From Curvularia clavata (Eukaryota), in NCBI GenBank assembly GCA_023920165.1, contig CP089274.1, positions 5,642,001-5,706,000 of the forward strand: a DNA stretch of 64,000 nucleotides. Direction: 5' to 3'. The first letter of the stretch is position 1. Every line of letters starts with the position of its first letter. A program made the translations under genes and the position numbers. The notes under the pieces were generated by a model, which saw nothing but the letters and a program-made list of their open reading frames with translations, did not search any database and was not told the origin of the DNA. Below are positions 47,686 through 59,615 of the stretch, piece after piece.

Positions 47686-50192
47686 ATTGGAATGGTGGGG
47701 ATAGGTTGTTGATGAATCGTAGTGCTCTCCTGTACTTAACTACCCGCCTATCTATATCTACAGAGGACGACACTGCCGTAATTAAACCGCAGTTTAGACC
47801 GCTCATGATTGCCGATGTGCAAGTTGGTTCCTGAGCCGCTTGGCTGGTTTCCAATAAACGATCGTCGGAGACATTCGTGCGAAGGTTATGCGTGCGCCAT
47901 CCTGCCCCATAATACAAGGTTGTTAAGCGGCGCTGGTGTGGCCAAACCATTACCCGCGTCCTTACCTACCCAATTTAGACGAACCCCCGCCACACATCCC
48001 TATCCATTACAACTCCTTTTCGTCCCTTCTTCTATGTCATCGCCTTGTTGTCGCCCAACACAGACTGAATCTTGAGGTTTATCCAGCATAATGCCACCAC
48101 GTTCCGCCTCCGTACGTCACGTTGTTTATCGAATCGAACTAGATCAAACGTAAGACAACCTGAACTGCCGGGGCCGAGCCGTTATTAGTGCCTCTTTTCT
48201 TTTGCGTGATCCGGGGAGGATGATTTCGTTCAAGCGCAACTGACTGGCAGGTCGCAAACAGCCAAGAGGAGTCTTGGAAAAAGCGCCGAGCGCCAGGATT
48301 CACAATGCTTACCAAGACGGCAAGACGGCTGCGCCAGCAAAGGCACGTATGTAGTCGGCACAGGTAATATGATCACCTTATCCGAGCTTAAGGCTAGAAG
48401 ACCAAGGCACGACACGACACGACAGCCACCAAGGCATACGTATCCAATGACGAATTGCGAAGCTTCGCCTACTTGTGCACAACGCGTCTGGCGGACCTTC
48501 TGGAAACGTACATGTCTGACGGACGAAAGTTTGTATCTAAACGACCATAGTACTGCAGGCACAAGGAAAACGACAAATGCCGGCGTACAGCCATGTCATC
48601 TGATCCCGGGTCGACATCTGGAAATATGCGCACCGCCGAGTTCGTCGCCCGTCCTTGGTCATGATTCTCCGACACGCAGCCGAAAAAAATCAACAACGAT
48701 AGTGACGATGTTCAAGCATGAGACTTTCTAAAGCTTTTGGTAGCTGTCAAGCCACTCGGTTCTGATGCACTCGTGAATGCCGGTCACTCAATACACTTGG
48801 CGGCGAACAACGTCATTACGGCAATTGCATCTCATTGATATTTCACAACGATAGCAGAGGTAGTAATATTGGAAGTACCATGACGGGAAAGAAATACGTC
48901 CACTGTAAGCGCATAATGTGGAGAGAACAGTCCAAGCGCTACAAATCACGAAATGCGGAGGTGGGTCCCGACTGGTCAACAACGCGAACAGAACGGAAGG
49001 TTCCTGAATGCATAGCTTTTGCTAGTCTAAAAAACGTTTCTGGGAAACATTCGTTTAATTAAGAAGGTAATAAGCAGCCGTGCTACACGAGATGGGTAAG
49101 CAATCCGTTACACTCCGGAGTAGGGCGTCCCAATCGTTGCTCTAACCGGGATGGCTGCTAAGCGTGCATCCTTGACCGACGCATTTGGTTTCTGACTCTA
49201 TTGACAACATGACCTGATCGTTTGAAAGCAAATCAGGATACGCTTTGTATACTCCATAAACCCTTCTACGGAGCTTTTCGCGCTCCAGCCCTGGCCGTAG
49301 CGGCAATACTCATTATGTTTCTATCGTCTGGCCGAGTAGCCAATTTGAACGTTCCGGTACCTTGGGCCATCCTACTAAATCCATAGCTGTTTGGCGCTTC
49401 CCTGCATGTACTCTGTACTGTGTATCATACAACATGGCTCCAGATCGGCTTTGGCTCCACTGCAACGGCGAATGATCTGCATACATGTCTTCATACAGTA
49501 AGGGGTATGTAAAGTGTAGTACTCACATCCTAGCATACGTATCAGCGCAGCCTAAACTTGGGAGCGATGACGCAAATGGCTTCTACTGAAACAGGTATAG
49601 GCCGTTTCACTGCCTCACTGCCCAGCGGTGCTATTTCGGGCAGGATGGGGAAACGTCAAACATCAAGCCGTGCGACTCGACCGGTGCGCGTCATTTTCTA
49701 TGCATATCTTCTGCCGACTCAATTGCCGACTGGCCTGGATGCTGCACGCTGTCTCATCAAGGCAAGCGTATTACTATTGCTCATGTGACACTTCAGGAAA
49801 TGAGCGAATTAAATATTCGAGTAGTTTGAGCAATGGGAGGGCTGCCGCTGCCCTTTCGGAGTTTGGAGTCGGCAAAGAGGTGTTCACAGCTTACTTGTAC
49901 ATCGATGCTTAGCACAGTCTACTACTGTGCACGCTCTCCCACAACCAGTAAAATCGGATAATCAAAACGAGCTCACCTACGCTATTAACATAGCAAAAGA
50001 TAACTGTGACAACTAGCGCTACTTTCACAAGTAGAGTTGTAGGTACTGGAAAATGGTAAACAATAAGTAATTGTGACAACTACAGCTACTTTTAAAAGTT
50101 TCATAACAGCTCCACTTCCCTCATCGACTACCAACAACTAGTCATCTCAGACAGCTCAAGTGAGGCACTCGCCATACCAATCATGACTGGCA

Positions 50193-51683
50193 TCAAGGCT
50201 TCCAACCTCCAGTTCGCGTGCGAAATAGGCCTTCCGGATCCACAGCATCCGCAACTTTCCGCGCGAGCGCACGACTCTCTGGTTTCAACCGCCCAAAATA
50301 GTCTTGTCGATAAAAGCCATAATTCATAAAGACAGGCAGATATGCATTTGGAAGTTTACCTTCTGCCTGCCATGCCAATACCCTGTTGCGTATACCCGTA
50401 TATGTAGCCTCCATGGTATCAGCCATGGTCTGGTACAGAGTCGTAGGCGTGAATGCATAATTCATCTCAATAATGATGCGGTTGACGTCTGCATCGGCGT
50501 CGATAAGATCAGGACTGAGTTCTCGAGCTTTTTCCGCAATGCGTTTGGGAAAGGGCTGCCATGCGATGGATGCAACGATACCTGGCACAAGAAGCGTGGT
50601 ACCAGAGACACTGCGCCAGTGACTATGCAGACCCTGCATGATTTCGGCCGCATCGGCGCTAGACGGGATGGGGATTGTCTCGGTAGCGATGTCGACGACA
50701 CTTCCCTTGAGTACAACCCAATTGCTAAAAGCCATCAAGTCGGCATACGTTCGGGTGCGGGTTGTGTCCAAGAGCGGATTGACGTCAGTGAAGTTCTGGA
50801 AAAGCCCTGGTGGCGGCTCGGAGCCGTCATAGAATAAGAATATGATCCATGAGTCGACAATGTTAACATTTGTTCGTTCTGCAGTCACAATGACAGCCGC
50901 TTTGTCATCCTCGTTGTACTCGGTCCAGTCCCGCACCGCTTGAAGGAGTTTTGCATCTTTCTCCGGGGTGCGCAGGTACACAAGGTTGCCACCCCATACA
51001 TTTCCCTGGCGACGTGCCTGTAGCTTGTAATTTGTAACCACGCCGAAGTTGTTTCCGCCTCCCTTGAGCGCAACAAACAGGTCGGGGTGGTTGTCCTTCC
51101 TGATGTGACCGATTGTACCATTGGCGAACACGATCTCGTACTCTAGAACACTTGAGGCGGCCCATCCGTATTGTGTTGACATGTAGCTTAGGCCTCCACC
51201 TAGGACTAGACCACCAACTCCAGTGTTGCCGATTCGTCCACCAACGAACGTCCAACCAGAGCCCTGCAACTTGGCGGCAATGCTATCAAGTCGATTTCCA
51301 GGACCAACATCAGCGATGCCTGTAGTGCTGTCTAGAACAGCTTGATCAAGACGATCCATGGAAATTAGCGGTCCACCTGCAACGCTGCTCCATCCATTAT
51401 TTGGGTTGTGCCCTCCGGACTTGACGGCAAAAGGCTCGGTAGTGTTGGCAAGGACCTTCATCACTGTCGATACTTCTTCCGCCGTCTTGGGGAAGATGAT
51501 GCATGAAGGGAGAAGAGCGGAGCATGATGTTGACCAGTATTGAGTTTGTTCCTCGATATATGCCAGATCCAGAGGATATGTCACGGTGATGTCTCTGAGA
51601 TTTGCAACCGTGGAACAAGTGTCAGCACTTGCCAATAAAGGCAGCAGAAGTGCGCAATAGGCATACAACAGTCGTATGGACAT
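50193..51683 (-). CDS. Secreted FAD-linked oxidoreductase (VAO/BBE-like, AA7-related)
   Basis: Signal peptide, PSCIIFP, FAVKSGGHN (FAD-linking His), GVGGLVLGGG, DLFVALKGGGNNFGVVT, VDPEGLF. Confidence 0.9.
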   Translation of the reverse strand: MSIRLLYAYCALLLPLLASADTCSTVANLRDITVTYPLDLAYIEEQTQYWSTSCSALLPSCIIFPKTAEEVSTVMKVLANTTEPFAVKSGGHNPNNGWSSVAGGPLISMDRLDQAVLDSTTGIADVGPGNRLDSIAAKLQGSGWTFVGGRIGNTGVGGLVLGGGLSYMSTQYGWAASSVLEYEIVFANGTIGHIRKDNHPDLFVALKGGGNNFGVVTNYKLQARRQGNVWGGNLVYLRTPEKDAKLLQAVRDWTEYNEDDKAAVIVTAERTNVNIVDSWIIFLFYDGSEPPPGLFQNFTDVNPLLDTTRTRTYADLMAFSNWVVLKGSVVDIATETIPIPSSADAAEIMQGLHSHWRSVSGTTLLVPGIVASIAWQPFPKRIAEKARELSPDLIDADADVNRIIIEMNYAFTPTTLYQTMADTMEATYTGIRNRVLAWQAEGKLPNAYLPVFMNYGFYRQDYFGRLKPESRALARKVADAVDPEGLFRTRTGGWKP

Positions 51684-52879
51684 TCCGACGCGGAAAAGGA
51701 GATCTCTTGGATTTGTTGATGATTTTAGGTTTTTCGTTCAGAAATTCCAATGGTAAAAAAGCGTTTACAATCTAAGCGGTGTCGATATGGTCTTGCCAGA
51801 ATGGTCCTTCCTGGAAAATCTTCGTTAAAAGGTTTGTGGCCGTGAACAGTCAATGAAGGAAAAAAAAAGGAGGTTTGATTCATGCTGTTGCAGTGGTGAC
51901 ACTATGTGGGCTCTTATACGACTTGTCAATGATGTAATAGCCCGACAAGTGATATTCACTTTGGTATGTCGGTATACGCCACAGAATCATGACATGCATG
52001 GGAAATTGAGAGGAGCTGCCCAAGAACAAGTCTGTTTGCATGGTTGAAACACCATTCTCAAATCTAACGAGACCTGCGTGTAGCCGTTGTCATTTCCATT
52101 AGCCAGCAACTGCAGCCATTGATTGAATGTGGCTTGGGATAAAATAAGTTACTTGCATTACACGATGAGAACGTTGTCACTGAGAAGTGAAGTCGTCCGA
52201 TCACTTCCTGATCAATGTGGGCGTCACTTCGCCTGTTGGTAGAGGCCGCGGTAGAGGCTGCATGCTCGCACGACACAATGTTCATTGGGTCTTTGACCAC
52301 GAACGTCCCTGTTGAAGACCCAAGCCCGGGCTGTAGTGTGCAGTGGATGTCCTCGTATCCAAAAACAGGTCCAGACTCCCAAATGCGGAGGTGGCTGACG
52401 AGCAAGAATCGATAATTTGCAGTCAGATCTGAGTGATCAGAAATCGCCGAGAACGAACAGTGAGGGTTGACGGCCGCATTCAATGTCCGAATGTCTTGGA
52501 ATTTCGTGTCCATAATGTTGCTATATTGGCTGAATACGTGTTGATTCGCTTGGCTGCAGCCTCCCATGCGGAATGGGTATACCCGCTGCAGCTCTCTGCA
52601 CGAATACGAGGTGCAGAATGCGGAGTGGCAGGTTCCTGAGCTTGCACTGGTTAGCGTAGTATCTACTCCTCAAATAAGGTGTACTTATGTGAAAAAAAGA
52701 GTGACCGCCTCGAAAGACGGCCATACCAACCCCCACCCTACCCCTCACCACGCAATCCTATGTCCACGCCAATGAGATCATTGAGACTCGAGCTGGACGG
52801 CGCTTCGATACTCCACCCCTGGATGCGACTTGACGGCATCGCGAAAAAAGAACGGTAGGATGACTAGGAAGCAAGGACC

Positions 52880-54080
52880 GTCCAACGAAGGGGCCCGCAA
52901 TGCTCCTCCAGGCGTTATCGACAGACAGGTCTAGACCTTGAGCCTCTCTTTAGAGAGGTCCCGTCTCCAAGCCTGATTCGAGGAGTGATGCGTTGTGGCT
53001 CCAACATTTTGCCGGTTTGCTGTGCCCAGTCCACCGCCTTTCCCACTCCGCCATCTTGGCATAGTCTCATGCCACAGAATGAAGATCGATACGCTCCCGC
53101 ATGCGAAGCTCGCAGAAGCCATAGCACTTCCAGAGAATACGTCGTCACATCTCCAAATACTACCGGCTCGCTCTATGGCAGCAAGACAATCACCCCCATG
53201 GTTCAGGACTTGTCGATCACAAGATCCTGATCAGACAGCACAATGGTCGCGCAACTTCCTTCTGATGATTCCGTCTTTGTTGGTTGAAAAGCCAAAAAGC
53301 TGCTCTCTGTATGTTGGTGCATGACTCTCAGAGACTAGTCTTTGTTTCCACTTCGTTCCCATTTGGTTGGCAAGGAAGGGCGTTCTGATACGGACAAAGG
53401 ACATCCTCAAAAACCGCATGACTGATCACAATAGCCAAAAGACTTTGTGATCGGTGGGACAAACGCTCGTCTGTACCCATACACGCTAAACGTGCATGTT
53501 GACGACTAACCCGACTGGTCAGATATCGCAGTGAAGCGACTAGTGCCGGTGATGTAATCCGTAACACAGGCCTCGTGATGTCTTAGGCAGTGTAAGAGAG
53601 TGGAGAAATGATCAGGATCGTCATCCTGTAGGAGAGGCGCACGAGCGTCTTCATCGCCGGACACTATCAGCTGGCCCGAGTCTATTCATCGCGCAGTGCG
53701 AACGTTGCAAGACTGGCCTGATGCTCATACACCGCTCAAGCTCTCAAGCATGTGCTTCAAGACATCAGATCCGGAGCGGGACGGTTCGCCATTAATGATT
53801 ATATCTTCCTGAGACAAAAAGACCTCGCTGGGCTTTCGCCTTTCCGACGAGTGGATCTCAGTGCCAGCCGGAGCCAAATCAGGGTCGATACATCTGTGTG
53901 CTAGGCTGACCAAAGTCGAAACCGCGCTCTTCCTCTGTCTATTCGCCGTATACTTGATGCTGGGCAAGCACGTGATGAATGCCAGAGCCAGGTGTTGCAA
54001 CTCCTGCTCGAAGTTCGAAAACGAGTCAACTGCGTGCCAACGGAATTCAAGAGCCCAAAGCCAATCCTCTGCTGAGGTGA
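52880..54080 (+). pseudogene. Possible degenerate gene remnant
   Basis: Protein-like frames interrupted by stops (e.g. AQALKHVLQDIRSG...DTSVC*ADQSRNRALPLSIRRILDAG...); no recognisable domain. Confidence 0.2.
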
Positions 54081-55093
54081 CCGGCGCCTCCCGTCACTTC
54101 TCTTCTCTTGACACTGTTGTTCCCATCGTGAAGCTATCTGTCGTGACCAGAGTCTGTTGCACAGATGAGATGCCGACGTGGCCCTCGCATGAGGACTTTA
54201 ACGCCCCAACAGGCACATGTCATCTCATTTCGAGTTCTCACTCCCGTACCTCGAGTCTACCTTTTACACCAAGCTATAGGCGGCCAAGCCGTCTTGCAAG
54301 GGCTAATCGGCAGGTCGGCGACATGACCAGGATACTTTTCATTCCGTGTGATAACGAGAACGAATGCCAAAAGATGGATAGGGTTAAGATCCGAGCCTGT
54401 CTCCATCACCTACAAACCCAAAGGGCTCACGCGAGCCGACATACAAACGACCTATTGAGACCATGCTAAGAGGCTCAGGTGTGTGTCGATCGTGCGAATA
54501 GGTGAGGCGCGGACGGACCGCATTCCAAATGGAAGGCAGACATCGGTAACTGGGGAGAGTGACATGCGTGATACTTGCAAGCAAGTTGAGAGCAGATATG
54601 GTTTCAAAGAAGGGCGCTGCGCGACCATCCCACTGAGTTGATGTAGTCAGATCGGGTGAAAGACACGTGCAGGATCCAGAGTCCTGTCGAGTTGCAATAG
54701 AGCGTGGTAGTGTTTTCTCGGAGATGAACGCCGTGTAGTGTCGAAGGCATTGAGTTGGTTGTGGGAGTCGTATCTTAGTAGACGAGACAAAGGTGGTCGA
54801 CGCGTTGTTGCGTGCCAAGAAATCGCGTCACAGTGGCGTTAGCACGTGGTTTGTCCGCTTCCCTGACTGACTAGCGCCATCACCGCTGCGACCTGCTCAC
54901 CAAACTTTGCATTGTCGTCAAATGCAATGAAAGTGCTGATTCGAGGCTCGCGAGATACACTAGTTCAATCCCAACTATCTTTGTTCGCAAAAGCTACTCA
55001 GGATCAGATCCAGTGCGGCAAGGACAAATTGCTCGTTTCCTAGACAATAGCACCCGTAATATCAGCTGCAAACCCGAGGCGATACTATCTGCT

Positions 55094-58000
55094 ATGGGAG
55101 CCATCGAGGACGCAGTAGATGCAGCCGCAAATTTCATCGGCCCATTTGTTGACAAGAACCGCAAGTATACTGGTGATGAGCCTACGTCATCACTCGTTGA
55201 GAAATCTCTTTCTCACCTCCAAGCCATCAATGCTGCGGATCTTGTCGCAGATCCAAATGCCCCTTATGACGCCTCTCTTGCGGGCGTCGTGTATGGCCTC
55301 TTGGACCTCATCACTACGCTTGCCATTCTGCCGCAGCTATCACCGGGAGTAACTTTTAGCCAGCGACCACGCTCAGTCCTAACTACCATTCTTTCCACAT
55401 CCCCAGGTCCCAGCCTGGACTCCCTGGCTTTGATCATCGAGGGTATTCTACCTATATTGGAACAAAGAGGCTCAGGCGTGCAACCACTGCTTTCTCAAAG
55501 GATCCTACCAGACATTGTCTCTGCGCTTGCTGAGTTGTCTTTTTCTCCCTCTTCGTCCGAACACGCTAGATCCAGGTTCTCGCCGGTCTACAAGCATATA
55601 ATAACTGAGATTCCAACCTCCCGGCTCCTTCCAATACTTACTACATTCATGCAGCAGCCTCTACCAGAATGGTTGAAACCCGTCATATCCAGGGAGCTGT
55701 CGATGATCCCTCTCCGAAGCCAAGGGGTCCGACACACCATAGAATTTCTGGCGCTATCGTACTTGTCCAAAAACTCTCATGTTCCCGAGGGCGCGACTGG
55801 TCCCTCTTCCCAGATTCCCATTCCGTTAGAAGCCATCACACAGGCTTCAAAATTGCTTGTGCTTCCACCGAGCGGTATCACACAAGACGACTGGATAAGA
55901 CGACTTGCGCCTCAACTTCTCCACCTGCTGGACGGCGGCGAGGGAAAAGAGCTGAGTCGAGCAGCGGGCCAGATAATCGCAGGTGGAATATTAAGCAAGA
56001 AAACAACTGGTGCACCTGGTACTGTAGGGTGGGAAATCTTTGCACAACCTATACTGCATATGGTTTCCCCAAAGAATGCGAAGATTCCGAGTTCGGAGAA
56101 ACTTCAGAATACTAGCGTGATTGTGGAAGAGGGTGACCTCAAACTCGCTCTCCGCCGGCTCAACACTCTAATATCTTCATATTCTCATGCTGGCTTGATC
56201 AGACGCCTTGTCAGCTCTCTTCTACTTCCACTATGGACCTTGTTCAACTACAGCAAAGCTAGGCCTTCACTCGAAAAGGAGTGGACTAGTTTGCCCAAAT
56301 CAATCATGTTGCGGTATATTGAAATCGCCTGCGACGCAAAGCAGATCGACAATATCGCCCAACATCTCTTCTGGGACGGTGATGGCACATGGACTTTCGG
56401 ACCTGGATCCGAGGGTGGCGTCGAAATACGGCGGCGAGCGGAATACCGGCAAGAGAACGACACGAGTATTATGGAGGGAATTGTCGGTCAGATTAGCAAC
56501 TTGGATAATCGCGTTAATCTCCTGGTTTCTCTGCTAGTAGAAGCCAGTATCCCGGACGATTTCGCTGCATCGGTTTTCCTCAGTACAACGAAGCGATGGC
56601 TGCAACCAGCACAACCACCAGCGCAATTGCTGGCAGACGGCGATTTCATGGGCGACCCGCTCTCGGCGCTGATTGATGCCAAGCTGTCGGAGTGCCTTGC
56701 AAGACATTTCCAAGACCGTTTTGCAAGGAGTCCGGATCACATCATAGAACTTATGACACACTTGATTCAGAATTTTGTGAGTAGGCACAGGACTGCGTCG
56801 AGCAAGTCACGAACCTCCAAACGAGCTATGCTTAGTAGTATCGTGCAAAAGCGAGACCAAGAAGACGCAGAAAGCGAGGACGATACTGTCAACGAGGACC
56901 TGGTCTCATTTGCGTTAAGTATCCTGAACACACTGCTGGTGTCACCCGATTTCAAGAAGACGCCTTCAGTAATGGGGATGTTGCACGAGCTTTTGCCATC
57001 ATTGGCATACCTTACGCAATCCCAAGACCAGACGCAGTCACCCGTACCCTCTTTGATCAAGAATTCAGCTTCAGCTCTACTCCACCTCATCATGCCCATG
57101 GCCGGCTCCTCATCAACTCAAGCCAGTCTTGAGGCCACAAAGACCACCGACCCGCTTGCTGAGCATCGCGCAACACTAAGAACGTGTCTTAGCGAACTAC
57201 AGTCACCGGAACCTCCCAATCGCACCTGGTCTTTGAACAATATACACTCCCTGCTCAAGAACCCAACTGCATTCCCAGTCATCGACGTCCCATCTCTCAC
57301 GCACACACTACTTTCATCGTCGTTGGCAGATCCTGAGTCATATGTTCACCTAGCTGCAATACCGGTTCTCGTCACAATGGCAGCCCGAGCACCGAAACCT
57401 GTTGTAGGCATTCTGGTCGATGCATTCGTGGATGTTGATGAGCGGTCTTTGAAGCTCGCACGAGGAAAGCAAACTGATGAGAAGGAAAAGGAGCTGAAGA
57501 ACGCTCTGGACTTAAGGCTACGTGTCGGCGAAGTGTTGAACACTTTTACAGGGGGCTTTGATTTCTGGCATTCGCGCGGTCATGACGGAATGCGATATAG
57601 GTGCGCAAAGCAAATCACAGAGGCATGCCTCTTACTATCGAGTCGCCGTGGCCAGCGCGCACAGACGCTTTCGATGCGGAACGAAGTCGCAGACAACGAG
57701 CGGAGGTTGAAGGAAGAAGCCGAAGCAGCCTGGGATGGTCCGATACCCAATATCTTTGAGCCCGATGGTGCCGACCCGCAAGAGCAAGCAGATTACACTG
57801 CACTGCACAAGATTGTGAGTGGCTGGGAAAACACGGGGATCGAGGAAGATGTTCGAGTTCGCGCTTCTGCCCTCAGTGTTTTGTCGACTCTGCTCGAGCA
57901 CCGCCTCGATGTCGTTCGACAAGTGTCGATTGACGCATCGCTGCAGATGGTGCTCTTTATCCTTACTATGGAGAGAGAAGATGCAAAGGCTATATTGCGA

Positions 58001-58348
58001 CGTGCTGCTGTTCTTGTCATAATGGGATTGCTGCGCGGTGTTGACGCGGCGATTGAGAGTGGACAAAAAGATACAGTCACACTAAACTTCAAGCAACAGC
58101 AGGAAGTGGAGAGGGTCATCAAGTGGGTCAAAGACGAAGACACAGACGAGCTAGTTAGAGATCACGCTTCGAGTGTGATGGAAGGAATGGAGACATTGAG
58201 GATCAAGGAGCTACACAGGGTCAGAGACAATGGACTGGACTTTGGTCGAAATCTCGGATTGGAAGGCAACCTTAGAGGACTCGACATACAACCAGAGACG
58301 GAAAAGAAGGAAGAAAAGGGGAAGATGATGATCGAGGAGATTGAATAG
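55094..58348 (+). CDS. RTP1: RNA polymerase II assembly/nuclear import factor Rtp1 (TANGO6 family), HEAT-repeat protein
   Basis: Intronless ~1084-aa ORF; LADPESYVHLAAI, LRLRVGEVL, EDVRVRASALSVL, LRRAAVLVI, DTDELVRDHA match my recollection of the RTP1 C-terminal domains. Confidence 0.82.
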   Translation: MGAIEDAVDAAANFIGPFVDKNRKYTGDEPTSSLVEKSLSHLQAINAADLVADPNAPYDASLAGVVYGLLDLITTLAILPQLSPGVTFSQRPRSVLTTILSTSPGPSLDSLALIIEGILPILEQRGSGVQPLLSQRILPDIVSALAELSFSPSSSEHARSRFSPVYKHIITEIPTSRLLPILTTFMQQPLPEWLKPVISRELSMIPLRSQGVRHTIEFLALSYLSKNSHVPEGATGPSSQIPIPLEAITQASKLLVLPPSGITQDDWIRRLAPQLLHLLDGGEGKELSRAAGQIIAGGILSKKTTGAPGTVGWEIFAQPILHMVSPKNAKIPSSEKLQNTSVIVEEGDLKLALRRLNTLISSYSHAGLIRRLVSSLLLPLWTLFNYSKARPSLEKEWTSLPKSIMLRYIEIACDAKQIDNIAQHLFWDGDGTWTFGPGSEGGVEIRRRAEYRQENDTSIMEGIVGQISNLDNRVNLLVSLLVEASIPDDFAASVFLSTTKRWLQPAQPPAQLLADGDFMGDPLSALIDAKLSECLARHFQDRFARSPDHIIELMTHLIQNFVSRHRTASSKSRTSKRAMLSSIVQKRDQEDAESEDDTVNEDLVSFALSILNTLLVSPDFKKTPSVMGMLHELLPSLAYLTQSQDQTQSPVPSLIKNSASALLHLIMPMAGSSSTQASLEATKTTDPLAEHRATLRTCLSELQSPEPPNRTWSLNNIHSLLKNPTAFPVIDVPSLTHTLLSSSLADPESYVHLAAIPVLVTMAARAPKPVVGILVDAFVDVDERSLKLARGKQTDEKEKELKNALDLRLRVGEVLNTFTGGFDFWHSRGHDGMRYRCAKQITEACLLLSSRRGQRAQTLSMRNEVADNERRLKEEAEAAWDGPIPNIFEPDGADPQEQADYTALHKIVSGWENTGIEEDVRVRASALSVLSTLLEHRLDVVRQVSIDASLQMVLFILTMEREDAKAILRRAAVLVIMGLLRGVDAAIESGQKDTVTLNFKQQQEVERVIKWVKDEDTDELVRDHASSVMEGMETLRIKELHRVRDNGLDFGRNLGLEGNLRGLDIQPETEKKEEKGKMMIEEIE

Positions 58349-58615
58349 CTCCCAATGGCTTGAATGATGGTGGTATTTTAGACGCTCCGTGTTCGAGGCT
58401 TTTGGTATGCTGAGTTCCCCATCTCATGCCTACACTAGGTAGCCTCTTGGTATCTTTAGTTTGAATGCTAGCCAGGGCGCGCTGCTGGCTTTGCACTGCA
58501 GACGTATATATCATAGGCTCGCTCGTCGATCTTTAGCGCACTTTTGCGCGAGCGCCCAATTTCGTTACAAGTTTGATTTGTGCCGCGCATCATGTTGTTG
58601 TCTGTGTAGAAGCCC

Positions 58616-59016
58616 TCAGCCGCTCATTGCCGTGTCTTTCCCAGTCTTTGGTTCCACCTCATCAGCCTTGCCGATCCAGAGGACATTGTTACACCGTATC
58701 AGGACCTGGCCAAGGGTGCCTGAGCTGACGCCATTTACGAATTCTTCCGTGTTGGAGAGCTGGATGTTCATGTAGAGGTCGACGGAGACAAGTCTGCCTT
58801 TGTACTCGGTTTCGCCCCACTTTAACCGAACAACGATGTCCTTGTCAACTCTACGGTTTGTCAGTCGAAGTTCTGGAGGTTAGAAGGTGAGTCGTGAGAG
58901 TAAGACGCGACGTACAAGCTCTGGAGGAGAGGTCGGGGGTTGAATGGTGCGACAGCCTGTGAGTTGTTAGCCATGCGCGATAGCGCGGAAGAGAAGCAAC
59001 TACATACAGCCATCAT
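58616..59016 (-). CDS. SMX3: Small nuclear ribonucleoprotein F (SmF), 94 aa; exons 59016-59008, 58956-58916, 58850-58616 (missed by ORF track)
   Basis: Spliced [77 protein letters not shown]...; Sm1/Sm2 motifs characteristic of SmF. Confidence 0.93.
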
Positions 59017-59615
59017 TGCGACTCAAGCCGTGGCCTTGTTTATGTGGACAGAGTCTTGGGGGTGTGGTATGGCAACGCTGAGGTCGATGTTGGTATGCTG
59101 CATTCGTCGCGCGCCTGCAGCTTTGGAAAGTTGTCGGCAAAAGGTAACGCCGATTGGTTGATAGCCAACGCCGCGGGGAAGTCAAGCAATACGCCTGGAG
59201 TACCAGGTCTCATCATCTGCGTATAGAGAGACTCTTCTCAATTTCTTCAGCATTTACGTACCTATTGTATGCTGCGTACGTAATGCCTGTCGTTTTTGTT
59301 TCTATTCTGTACCTCTGGTCCATAAGTCCAAGTCGAATTCCAGTTTCAACAGAGCCGCAAACTAGCGGATGCGCTAAGGTTTTGTTGTAATCTTCGTATC
59401 ATCCGACGACTTTCTCTCGCCTACACCAAACTGCAATTGCATCCCCAAAAAGCCCTTACGCTCGCCGTCCGCCGCCCGCCGCATAATCAACACTCTGTAG
59501 TCACTAAGGCATCAATTGCATCATTGCGCCCACCGCCGTGCATCGTTTCGCCCTCCCACCCGTGAAGCCGTTTTTCGTCGCCTTACCACTTCTCGCGCAG
59601 CATGCCCCGGTAGCA

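Noticed and set aside
50001..50099. Imperfect ~32-bp direct repeat (taactgtgacaactagcgctactttcacaagt / taattgtgacaactacagctacttttaaaagt)
   Set aside because: Two copies in a 3' flank; most likely a local slippage duplication with no functional evidence.
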